From Deltaproteobacteria bacterium (lineage in GTDB: Bacteria; Bdellovibrionota_B; Oligoflexia; Oligoflexales; CAIYRB01): 64,000 bases of DNA. Location of the stretch: positions 212,466 to 276,465 of the forward strand of contig VGTI01000001.1 in the NCBI GenBank assembly GCA_016874735.1, written 5' to 3'. This document shows positions 19,345-28,462 of this stretch, in pieces. The translations under genes and the position numbers were made by a program. Position 1 is the first letter of the stretch, and each line of letters starts with the position of its first letter. The notes under the pieces are model-generated. The model was not told the DNA's origin and did no database searches. It was given only the letters and a program-made list of their open reading frames with translations.

Positions 19345-20746
19345 TCCTATGGGATTTCTCGAAATAGCGCGGCAAAAAACGGCTTATCGCCCTGTCAACG
19401 AGCGGGTGAAAGACTGGGATTACGTCGGTCCAAAGACGCTGCCGCTTGAGCAAAACTTGCAGCAGGCCAAACGCTGCATGGATTGCGGAGTTCCGTTCTG
19501 TCAGAGCGATTACGGGTGTCCCGTCCATAACGTGATTCCCGAGTGGAACAGTTTGGTCGGATCGGGACGGTGGGAAGAAGCTTTAAAGAAATTGCACGCT
19601 ACCAACAACTTTCCTGAGTTTACGGGCTTCCTCTGTCCTGCCCCGTGCGAGAATGCCTGTGTTCTCAATCGTGACAATCAGCCAGTCACAATTCGTGAAA
19701 TAGAGCTGGCGATTATTGAGCGTGGGTTTGAAGCTGGTCTCGTGAAACCGCAAGCACCACGAGAGGAGCGACGTGAACGGGTCGCGATCGTGGGATCAGG
19801 ACCAGCTGGACTTGCAGCGGCGCAGGAATTGCGGCGCCGCGGATTTCAGGTGCGCGTGTTTGATAAGGGCCAGAAGCCTGGTGGTCTCTTGCGGTACGGT
19901 ATTCCTGATTTCAAGATGGCCAAATACGTGATCGATCGCCGGATCGAGCAGATGCAGGCTGAAGGAGTTGAGTTTAGTCTCGGTATGAGTGTCGGTACTG
20001 ACGTATCGATCAATGATTTGCAGAGGGATTTTGACGCCGTACTGTTGGCAGTAGGTGCTGAAGCCGCTCGTGACCTGCCGATTCCTGGTCGCGATCTAGC
20101 GGGTGTGCATCTAGCTATGGATTATCTCACTGTGCAGAATCGGGTGCTCAGCGGTGAAATCACGAGTGCGGCAATCAACGCCGCCGGTAAACGTGTAGCA
20201 GTGATTGGCGGCGGTGATACGGCTTCAGACTGTATCGGTACAGCACGACGCCAGGGAGCTGCAGCGATCTATGAGTTTTCGCTGTTGCCGAAGCCCGGGG
20301 ATGAGCGCGGCCGCGAGACACCTTGGCCTCTGGTTCCTCTAACGCTTAAAGTTTCGCACGCTCACGAAGAGGGTTGTGAGCGACTATTCGGCGTGATGAC
20401 CACAGGATTCAGCGGTCAGGATGGTAAGGTGTCGCAGCTGCATGCTGTGCAGTGTGAAACCAAAGATGGGCAATTGATTAAGAAAGCAGGTACTGAGTTC
20501 TCGCTTGATGTAGATTTAGTTCTACTAGCCATTGGGTTTGTTGGGGCAGACGCAAAAATTGCAAGTGTGACTCCCGGGCTTGTGCAGCGTCCCAACGGAA
20601 CCTTAGCAGGCGACGTCAATGGGATGACCTCCCTACCTGGAGTATTTGTAGCTGGCGATGCCCGTAGGGGGGCATCTCTCATCGTGTGGGCAATTGCAGA
20701 GGGACGACGAGCAGCGGATTCTATTGAGCGCTATCTCCATCGTTAA
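19337..20746 (+). CDS. gltD: Glutamate synthase small (NADPH) subunit
   Basis: MSDPMGFLE... start overlaps the gltB stop (ATGTCTGA). Cys clusters CMDCGVPFC and CPAPCENAC. VAIVGSGPAGLAAA dinucleotide fold. Confidence 0.95.
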   Translation: MSDPMGFLEIARQKTAYRPVNERVKDWDYVGPKTLPLEQNLQQAKRCMDCGVPFCQSDYGCPVHNVIPEWNSLVGSGRWEEALKKLHATNNFPEFTGFLCPAPCENACVLNRDNQPVTIREIELAIIERGFEAGLVKPQAPREERRERVAIVGSGPAGLAAAQELRRRGFQVRVFDKGQKPGGLLRYGIPDFKMAKYVIDRRIEQMQAEGVEFSLGMSVGTDVSINDLQRDFDAVLLAVGAEAARDLPIPGRDLAGVHLAMDYLTVQNRVLSGEITSAAINAAGKRVAVIGGGDTASDCIGTARRQGAAAIYEFSLLPKPGDERGRETPWPLVPLTLKVSHAHEEGCERLFGVMTTGFSGQDGKVSQLHAVQCETKDGQLIKKAGTEFSLDVDLVLLAIGFVGADAKIASVTPGLVQRPNGTLAGDVNGMTSLPGVFVAGDARRGASLIVWAIAEGRRAADSIERYLHR

Positions 20747-20757
20747 ACACAGTTGCT

Positions 20758-21633
20758 TTAACTTAGCTCGTTAATCACCTTGTGGAAGAACTCAAGGAAT
20801 GTTTCGGCGTTCTTGCTGAGTACCCATCGCTTGCGGGTAACGAGCTTTAGGCTGTAGGAGAACTCTTTTTTCGGATAAAGCACCGATAAAGTTCCTGCCG
20901 CAATGTCTGACTTGATCATAAATCGCGGAAGTAGGGCTACACCGAGTCCCCGCAGCACCATTTGTTTTTGTGAGTCTAAGTTGTTGCTAGATGCCGCAAC
21001 ATCAAATTGAATTTTATTTTTCTTAAGCATTTCTAAAACCGGAAACTGACGTGACTTCGGGTAATCGATGTCGCGCGAGATGATAAACTGCGATCGCAAC
21101 TTTGATTTATGCTTGTGGTCATTAGCGATCACCACTTGGAAGGGAATCTTCATCAGCTCTTTAACGAAGAAGTCCTCGTTACTTGGTATCGTAAAGAAAA
21201 GACCAAACTCAATTCGCCCCTCAATAAGTTCGTTGCAGATCAGATTGGACGCACCGGAGAAAAGCGAGGGCCTCACTTTTGGATGCCTGGCCAGGAAGTC
21301 CTCGAGTACGTGAGGACCTAGCGAGCTAGCTGCAGAATCGGTCAGCCCAAAAGAGAGCGCTCCCTGGCACTCTGTCATTTCTTGTCCTGAGACCGTTTTG
21401 ATTTCCTCAACACTTTGAAAGATTTCCTCACAGCGCTTAAAAATCTCGCCACCAGCGTGGGTTAAATGCACGCCGCTACGGTAGCGCTCGAGCAGGACGA
21501 CACCCAGTTCCTCCTCGAGGGAACGAACCATCTTGCTGATGGTAGGCTGCTGAATCCGCATGACTTTCGCGGCGCGGGTGAAGCTGCCCTCTTTGACCAC
21601 AGCGTGGAAGTATTTAAGATGATTGAGTTCCAT
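20758..21633 (-). CDS. LysR-family transcriptional regulator
   Basis: N-terminal HTH MELNHLKYFHAVVKEGSFTRAAKVMRIQQPTISKMVRSLEEELG plus a LysR substrate-binding body. Confidence 0.9.
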   Translation of the reverse strand: MELNHLKYFHAVVKEGSFTRAAKVMRIQQPTISKMVRSLEEELGVVLLERYRSGVHLTHAGGEIFKRCEEIFQSVEEIKTVSGQEMTECQGALSFGLTDSAASSLGPHVLEDFLARHPKVRPSLFSGASNLICNELIEGRIEFGLFFTIPSNEDFFVKELMKIPFQVVIANDHKHKSKLRSQFIISRDIDYPKSRQFPVLEMLKKNKIQFDVAASSNNLDSQKQMVLRGLGVALLPRFMIKSDIAAGTLSVLYPKKEFSYSLKLVTRKRWVLSKNAETFLEFFHKVINELS

Positions 21634-21738
21634 TGGTATTCTCAGAATGAATATATTTTATAGATATTATACACTTTCGTGCCAAATTTGAGTGTGCCAT
21701 AATTTGAATAGATCTGGCCACAAGCATGGCCTCGGAGG

Positions 21739-22596
21739 ATGACAGTTATGGCGCATGGTTTTTTGATCGATATGGACGGAGTGATGTACCGGGGTAACCA
21801 ACCCATCCCTGGTGCCATCGAGTTTGTAAGACGTCTGATGGACGATGAAATTCCCTTTCTCTTTCTGACCAACAACAGCCAGCGCACTAAGCGCGACGTT
21901 GTTGCCAAGATGCACCGTATGGGCATTCCTATCCAGGAGAAGCACGTCTTTACCAGCGCCATCTCAACCGCGCAATACCTTGCATCACAGACTCCCAGGG
22001 GAACCGCATTTGTGATCGGTGAGGGAGGCCTCCTCAACGCACTCCACGAGTATGATTACTCCATTGTAGATAACGATCCAGATTATGTAGTCGTCGGAGA
22101 GGGTCGCACCATGACCCTAGAACTTATTGAAAAAGCGGTTAAATTAATTGGCCGTGGAGCCAAGCTGATTGCTACAAACATGGATCCTAGCTGCCCAACC
22201 GAGGGTGGTCTACGCCCGGGATGCGGTGCCATTGTGGCCATGCTTGAGGCCGCGACGGGCATAAAAGCATTCAGCCTAGGTAAACCTAGTCCGGTGATGT
22301 TCCGGGCGGCGCGTAAGGAGTTAGGGCTTCGTACCGCCGAGACCATTATGATCGGCGACACCATGGAGACTGATATCCTGGGCGCAACTCAGATGGGCTA
22401 CTACTCGGTTCTGGTGCTTTCTGGTGGCACGCACAAAGACGAGCTCAGCAAGTTCTCCTATCGTCCGGATCTCGTAGTCAGCTCGGTCGCTGATCTGCTT
22501 GATTCCGCCGCCCTGAGCAAGTTCTTTAAGCAAAATGGCATCAAGCCTAGTGTGACTTCCAGCGTCAAAAAAGGCGAAGTCACCGCAAGTACCTAA
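21739..22596 (+). CDS. HAD-IIA family phosphatase (NagD-like)
   Basis: FLIDMDGVMYRG (DxD motif), FLTNNS and MIGDTMETDILGA. Confidence 0.85.
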   Translation: MTVMAHGFLIDMDGVMYRGNQPIPGAIEFVRRLMDDEIPFLFLTNNSQRTKRDVVAKMHRMGIPIQEKHVFTSAISTAQYLASQTPRGTAFVIGEGGLLNALHEYDYSIVDNDPDYVVVGEGRTMTLELIEKAVKLIGRGAKLIATNMDPSCPTEGGLRPGCGAIVAMLEAATGIKAFSLGKPSPVMFRAARKELGLRTAETIMIGDTMETDILGATQMGYYSVLVLSGGTHKDELSKFSYRPDLVVSSVADLLDSAALSKFFKQNGIKPSVTSSVKKGEVTAST

Positions 22597-22606
22597 AAAT
22601 TAGACC

Positions 22607-23794
22607 TCAGCGGCGACTCAGTTTGGCCACAACCTCGACATGCTCTGTCTGTGGAAACATGTCGAATGGGTGCACCGAGTCGATTTGCCATTGGCCAGAT
22701 TTCATCAGTAGTTTTAGATCTCTAACTAAAGTCTGGGGATTGCACGAGACGTAGGTTAGGGATTTAAGACTAGCGTGCTTCGTGGGGGATGCGAAGTAGG
22801 CGCTGACTTTGGCCGCGATTCCCCCACGCGGTGGGTTTATGATCACAGCACTGACCCTTGCCCCGTCTCGCTGCACGGCAGCATGGCGAGCCAGGAAGTT
22901 TTCTACCGAGTCATGAATAGCTTTAAGATGGCGCGGTGCATCTGATTGAGCCGCAGCAGCTTCAATGGCGTCCGCGTTACCGTCTACTAAATAGATCTGG
23001 CGGAAATCCCCGGCTGCCGCATAGCTGTAGGCGCCGAATCCGCCGTAGAGGTCGAGCAAGGTGTCGCCACTGAGGCCAGATGTGATCGCCCTGATAAACT
23101 CCGCCACTAACTGCTGGTTTGCCTGAAAAAAAGACAAAGGGCTCAGATGAAATGTCCGGCCGGCGACAGCAAATGGGATGGTTCTTGGACCAGCCAGGTG
23201 TGTGACCTCACTTCCGATGATGCGGGTATCGTCGTCTTTGGAGAGTTTTGTGCCGTAAACAGCGAGTTTATCTGTGGCGACTTGCTGAGCCCATGTCAGC
23301 AGTGCCGACGCATCGACCCCAGTATGGGATAGAATTACCCCTGCTGCCTGAAAACTGGCGCTATTCCGGATGGTTAAAAACTTAAGCCGGTTTGGCTGAA
23401 AGCCGCGTTTTCCGTGTTGATAGAAGGATGCCGGCAGTCTCGTTGCGCCATCGCCCGTCATCAGTCGGGCGACCAGCTTATTGATGCCAGGTTCATGCAC
23501 GGGGCAGTCTGGGATATTTACAACCGTTTTAGACTGCGCCTGATAAAGTCCGATGCGACGCTGACCGAAGCTGTCCTCGTCCAAACAAAGCTTGGTCGAG
23601 CTGCGGTAGGCAAACTGCGTCGGACTTGCAGTGACAGGCAGGATTTCCCCTACTTTGACACCGCTAAAAATCTTGTGCAGGGCAAGGCCCTTATCGCGCA
23701 GTTGTTTAGCATACGGGGTTGTGAGGCTGGAACAACCGGAGCACGAGCGATAATGGCGGCACTTGCTAGACATGAGGTGCTTTCTGGCAAACAT
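22607..23794 (-). CDS. 23S rRNA (uracil-5)-methyltransferase, RlmC/RumB-like (no TRAM domain)
   Basis: N-terminal Cys cluster CRHYRSCSGC, FFQAN, DLYGGFG SAM motif, NPPRGG and C-terminal VSCNPQTL...FDMFPQTEHVE. Confidence 0.8.
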   Translation of the reverse strand: MFARKHLMSSKCRHYRSCSGCSSLTTPYAKQLRDKGLALHKIFSGVKVGEILPVTASPTQFAYRSSTKLCLDEDSFGQRRIGLYQAQSKTVVNIPDCPVHEPGINKLVARLMTGDGATRLPASFYQHGKRGFQPNRLKFLTIRNSASFQAAGVILSHTGVDASALLTWAQQVATDKLAVYGTKLSKDDDTRIIGSEVTHLAGPRTIPFAVAGRTFHLSPLSFFQANQQLVAEFIRAITSGLSGDTLLDLYGGFGAYSYAAAGDFRQIYLVDGNADAIEAAAAQSDAPRHLKAIHDSVENFLARHAAVQRDGARVSAVIINPPRGGIAAKVSAYFASPTKHASLKSLTYVSCNPQTLVRDLKLLMKSGQWQIDSVHPFDMFPQTEHVEVVAKLSRR

Positions 23795-23973
23795 TCGAAA
23801 TGATGAGCTTAAGTATAGATTTGGAGGGGTCTTGTCTAGTGCTTATGGCACGACGCCAAGAGTGAGAATCCTCATCCTCTTCTAATTTAACCAGACTTAT
23901 ATTAGTTTACAGCCGACTATCAATCATGATGGTCTTGCGATTAGCATAAAGTGCTAAGAATTGGGGGGACGAT

Positions 23974-24702
23974 ATGAGAATCCTCGTGGTCGAAGACGAT
24001 GCTCCCTTGGCAAGTATCCTGCTCCGTACGCTCCGGGAGGAATCGTATGCGGTTGACCATGCTCCTGATGGGCAAGAGGCGGAGTGGCTCGCGTTTGAAA
24101 ATCCTTATGATCTCATCATTCTAGACCTCATGTTGCCGCGCAAGAACGGGATGGAAGTCCTGAAAACGCTGCGTGACGGTGGTCTGACCACGCCTGTCCT
24201 GATCTTAACCGCTCGCGATGCCAAGGAGGACGTGGTTAAGGGACTCGATCAGGGGGCCGACGATTACCTGACCAAGCCGTTCAATCTGGACGAGTTGTTG
24301 GCACGGGTGCGTGCGCTATTGAGGCGCCCGAGTGGTGAGCCTGCCTCGATGATCGAGGCTGGACCTTTGCGCATCGATCCGAGCCGTAAGGAAGTGACGC
24401 GGGATGGTCAGGTGCTGCAACTCACGGCTAAGGAGTATGCGTTGCTTGAGTATCTGGCGCGCCATGCAGGCACGGTGCTGAGTCGGACGCAGCTAAGTGA
24501 GCACGTATGGGACATGAACTTTGAGCCCACGTCTAATGTCGTTGATGTTTATATCGGTTACCTCCGTAATAAGGTGGACAGACCGTTTGAGCATGCACTC
24601 ATTAAGACGGTGCGCGGTCATGGCTACATGTTAGATTTGCCTGTCAGTCAAGCTAAAGTGGTGCCATCAGTTGCGGTAGAAAATGTGACGCATGTTTCTT
24701 GA
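23974..24702 (+). CDS. OmpR/PhoB-family response regulator
   Basis: MRILVVEDD, DLIILDLMLP and TKPF, plus a winged-helix C-terminus (LTAKEYALLEYL...RTVRGHGY). Confidence 0.92.
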   Translation: MRILVVEDDAPLASILLRTLREESYAVDHAPDGQEAEWLAFENPYDLIILDLMLPRKNGMEVLKTLRDGGLTTPVLILTARDAKEDVVKGLDQGADDYLTKPFNLDELLARVRALLRRPSGEPASMIEAGPLRIDPSRKEVTRDGQVLQLTAKEYALLEYLARHAGTVLSRTQLSEHVWDMNFEPTSNVVDVYIGYLRNKVDRPFEHALIKTVRGHGYMLDLPVSQAKVVPSVAVENVTHVS

Positions 24703-26179
24703 CCGTATTCCAGTGAGGCTGAGGTTAGCTCTGGGCCATGCCATTTGGATGGCCCTGCTATTCCTCTGTGTCGGATTTGGACTCTACCGAATCGTCGAGC
24801 ATAATCTATTGCGCTCGGTTGATGCGTCGCTGATAGTTTCAGCCCAGTCAATCAGAGACGCCCGTTTTGTTCGTGGTTTTAGTCCGCCAATCATGGAGCG
24901 CTTTCTTAATCAATTTTTTGGTGAGAAGCACATTCAGCCTTACGCGCAGCTGGTCGATCTCTCAGGTAAGATCAGCGTCAAGACCGATTTGCGCGTGAGC
25001 TTGCCGGTGACACATAAAGCACTCTATCGGGCCGAGCGTGGGCTTGAGACCCTGGAGACCTTTCCACCACGACGGGCTACCGATGCTCCGCTCAGGCAAG
25101 TGACCTTGCCCGTGATGCGCTACGGTCGTTTTACGGGTGAGTTCATTCAGGTCGGCGCCACGCTAGATTCTACGTTCCATACGTTAAAAGAGATTGCCTG
25201 GGTGCTTTGGACGTCGCTGCCGCTTGGCGTCATATTGTCGATGGTATTTGGTTACCTTCTGGCTAAGCGTTCCTTGATGCCTGTGACCGAAATGAGTGAG
25301 GCGGCCAAGCGCTTAGGTAGTGACGATCTAAGTGTGAGATTGCCTCTACCTCAAGCCAAGGATGAATTGCGGCAACTAGCCCAAACGTTCAACGAAATGC
25401 TCGATCGCCTTGAGGACGCCTTCAAAAGGCTGCGGCGTTTCACTGGTGATGTTTCCCACGAGCTGCGAACTCCTTTGGCAGTGCTGCGTGGCGAGGCGGA
25501 GCTAGCGCTACGCCGTGAGCGCACGGCAGAGGATTACCGATCGTCTCTAAAAACGATCATGTCCGAAGCCACCAACATGACCGGCATCATCGAGGACCTG
25601 TTGCTACTAGCGCGGGCCGAGAGTCGCGCTGTAGCGATGACATGGATGGAGTTGAGAGCAGTCGATTTCGTGGCAGATCTCGCGCAAGCGGTGTATCCGG
25701 TTTACGAAAAGCGTAGCGTCACGCTGCGGACTAATCTCCAGTTTCACGGTGACTTTAGTGCCAATCCGGGTTACTTAACGCTGGCACTCAAAAACATTCT
25801 ACTTAACGCGGCTAAACATTCTGCTCCCGACAACGTGGTTGATTTTACGATCACGGCAGACAGTAAGGAGATGGTTTTTATCGTCACTGACAGGGGCGAG
25901 GGTATACCTGAGGAGTCTCTACCTTACATCTTTGATCCGTTTTACCGTGCAGATACAGCCCGCAACCGTGCAGCTGGTGGCACGGGGATAGGACTCAGTT
26001 TGGCCATGGCACTAGTTAAGCTACATAATGGTCAAATTTCGGTAACTTCTAAGACAGGATCCGGAGCGACCTTTACCGTGAGGATTCCGCAGCAATTTAC
26101 TGAAAAGTCGCGCCTTGAGATCAATCGTCTTAATTTTACCAAACCTCAGGTCGGCAAATCTCAACCATCGCTAGCCTAA
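24692..26179 (+). CDS. Sensor histidine kinase (two TM helices, HAMP, HisKA, HATPase_c)
   Basis: H-box FTGDVSHELRTPL, N-box LLNAAKH, DRGEGIP and GTGIGLS. Overlaps the regulator gene by 11 nt. Confidence 0.9.
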   Translation: MFLDRIPVRLRLALGHAIWMALLFLCVGFGLYRIVEHNLLRSVDASLIVSAQSIRDARFVRGFSPPIMERFLNQFFGEKHIQPYAQLVDLSGKISVKTDLRVSLPVTHKALYRAERGLETLETFPPRRATDAPLRQVTLPVMRYGRFTGEFIQVGATLDSTFHTLKEIAWVLWTSLPLGVILSMVFGYLLAKRSLMPVTEMSEAAKRLGSDDLSVRLPLPQAKDELRQLAQTFNEMLDRLEDAFKRLRRFTGDVSHELRTPLAVLRGEAELALRRERTAEDYRSSLKTIMSEATNMTGIIEDLLLLARAESRAVAMTWMELRAVDFVADLAQAVYPVYEKRSVTLRTNLQFHGDFSANPGYLTLALKNILLNAAKHSAPDNVVDFTITADSKEMVFIVTDRGEGIPEESLPYIFDPFYRADTARNRAAGGTGIGLSLAMALVKLHNGQISVTSKTGSGATFTVRIPQQFTEKSRLEINRLNFTKPQVGKSQPSLA

Positions 26180-26304
26180 AAAACCGCTCAAGTTTGCCTA
26201 GCTCTGCCCGAAACTCTAGTAGGTAGGTGACCATCACACCGGCCGCACTTCGTGTGATCAATCTATACTTGAGGGCGAGGCTAGCAGTGAGCGTGAGGTG
26301 TAAA

Positions 26305-28431
26305 GTGACGTTGCTCCAACTTAGAGCCGCTGGGGTATTAATCGGCGGCTTAGTGCTATTGTCTTGTAATCAGAGAGAGGCTCAGTTCGCGGGTAACTCT
26401 ATAGATGCCAAAGCAGCGATCGTCCTTAGTGAGCAAGTATTTGGTGCAGGCGTCATCGGAGACCATGAGGTGACCTATAAGCCTGCATTCGGCACGGTTC
26501 GTGAGTCTCTTGCGCTACGGCAGAAGTCGCCAGAGTTGATAAAGTTTAGGCAAGATAGCCGCGCCACAAAGACTGAGTTCTTTACGCAGGGACATCCGGG
26601 CTCAGTGACGATCAAGGACTATCCGATCACGTCTACGGAGGAGCTAGATCTTCTAGTTGTCGTCGATAATTCAAGCTCGATGGCGGCGGTGCAGGCGATG
26701 CTCGCCGAGGGTATGCGCGACTTTATCGATCAACTAGGCGACGTCGATTGGCGCATCGGCATCATCACGTCGGATAATCCTAGTAATCCAGTCCTAACGC
26801 ATGGCGACGGGTGTCAGCTATACGGTACCGATGGTCTACCTGGTGGTCAGCCCCTAGTGAAGGGTGATCCTGATGCGAGTAGCAAATTCCTCAATACGAT
26901 TCTAAATATCGGTGCCCGCGGATCAGACTATGAAGAGAGTATTCTCAACACCTACAAACATTTGACCGGCACTTGTGCCTACGGATCGAATCAGTGGATG
27001 CGACCCAACGCGATGCTGGGCGTGCTATTTGTGACGGATGAAGATAGCTACTGCCCTGAACCGGTAGATCCAATCACTGGGATCCCGACGCGTCCCAAAG
27101 ACTCGACCAGTGAACTTTGTGCGGTTGGGCAGAGGCCGCAAGACTTAGCCAGCTTGCTACTACCACCGCGACGCGAGGCATCGTCGTCTAAAGTTTATGC
27201 ACTCACCTGGAGCCCGAGCGATGTGCAGTGCTACAGTAATGCTCAAAGACCAGCTAACCGTATCTTGGAACTCATAGGCCTAGTCGGTGGCTTCGGTGGC
27301 AGCATTTGCCAGAGTAACTACCGGGACACCTTACGTGCCATCGCGACAGATGCAGCGCGGACGGTGCGTCGCCATTTTCAGTTGCCGCATGTACCGATTC
27401 CGGACTCAGTCGTGGTCACCATCGATGGCATGGCCACGAGTGATTACCGTATCGAAGGGTCGGTACTCATCCTCACTAACGTGTCCCCCACGCAAACCAA
27501 TCTTCATATCTCGTACCGTCACGATCCCGTGCCTATCTTTAACTCCGTGCAGGTTGCAGCGACGCCAGACCTAGCGACTCTATCGGTTGAAGTTAACGGT
27601 CAACCACTAGATCCTAACCAATTTAGTTTCAACCCTGGGACTAGGGAGATCAGCTTTGTCGAAACGCCGCCTAGCTATGCCCATATAGTAGTGAGTTATA
27701 AGGCGGGAGACGGCCTTAGTCGCAGATTTCAGCTCGGAAATATTGCTAAAGACGACGGTCCCCTCACAGTCACGGTAGATGGTGTTGAGACCCAAGACTT
27801 TGTCTATGACGAAACTAACCAAAGTATTGAATTTGCCGTACCGCCCGGTGATGACCGCGAGATCACCGTATCTTATAGGGGTATTGACTCCAAGCAGCTC
27901 CTATACAAGGGCTTTGTGCATCCGTCCGGAGCTCAACCACGGTCCTTTAAAGCCATCGACGATGTCACCGGTGCCGCGCTAACGGTGACCCGCGAGGCCG
28001 ATAACCTCGTGTTTTTGGCTGGTGATGTGGTCGACGGGCGTAAGGTCACGATTGACTACAGCTATGCTGATCGCAGTACGCCCCTTAGCTATAGGTTGCC
28101 GGATGCACCACTCGCGGGTGAGGTTGAGGTCAGCGCGGACAGCAGTCCAGATCAGTGTGTTGAAAATGTTGATGTCTCACAGGATATGATTTCCTTTCAC
28201 TGCAATGCGGATGACCTGAGATCGATCACCTTTAAATATAAAGTTGTCGAGGAGCACAGCAGCGTATTTGCGTTAGCTAGTCCTCTACCACCCAATGCCT
28301 TTGCCCAAGTCTTTGTCGACGGCGTTAAGACGGATAAGTTTAGTGTAACCGGTACTGTTGTGACCGTGCCGCTCAGCGAGACTAAGCCGACATCGACGGT
28401 GCGGGTTTTGGTGCTGACGCGGGTGTATTAA
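26305..28431 (+). CDS. Lipoprotein with a VWA-like domain followed by about six repeated beta modules
   Basis: I prefer the GTG at 26305 (GAGGTG RBS upstream), which gives signal plus lipobox LVLLSC. DLLVVVDNSSSM resembles a MIDAS DxSxS motif. C-terminal repeats each end in an I/V-x-Y motif (ISYR, VVSYK, TVSYR, TIDYSY, TFKYK). Confidence 0.7.
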   Translation: MTLLQLRAAGVLIGGLVLLSCNQREAQFAGNSIDAKAAIVLSEQVFGAGVIGDHEVTYKPAFGTVRESLALRQKSPELIKFRQDSRATKTEFFTQGHPGSVTIKDYPITSTEELDLLVVVDNSSSMAAVQAMLAEGMRDFIDQLGDVDWRIGIITSDNPSNPVLTHGDGCQLYGTDGLPGGQPLVKGDPDASSKFLNTILNIGARGSDYEESILNTYKHLTGTCAYGSNQWMRPNAMLGVLFVTDEDSYCPEPVDPITGIPTRPKDSTSELCAVGQRPQDLASLLLPPRREASSSKVYALTWSPSDVQCYSNAQRPANRILELIGLVGGFGGSICQSNYRDTLRAIATDAARTVRRHFQLPHVPIPDSVVVTIDGMATSDYRIEGSVLILTNVSPTQTNLHISYRHDPVPIFNSVQVAATPDLATLSVEVNGQPLDPNQFSFNPGTREISFVETPPSYAHIVVSYKAGDGLSRRFQLGNIAKDDGPLTVTVDGVETQDFVYDETNQSIEFAVPPGDDREITVSYRGIDSKQLLYKGFVHPSGAQPRSFKAIDDVTGAALTVTREADNLVFLAGDVVDGRKVTIDYSYADRSTPLSYRLPDAPLAGEVEVSADSSPDQCVENVDVSQDMISFHCNADDLRSITFKYKVVEEHSSVFALASPLPPNAFAQVFVDGVKTDKFSVTGTVVTVPLSETKPTSTVRVLVLTRVY

Positions 28432-28462
28432 GAATGGCTGTCGGGATTAAGTGACGCTAGCC

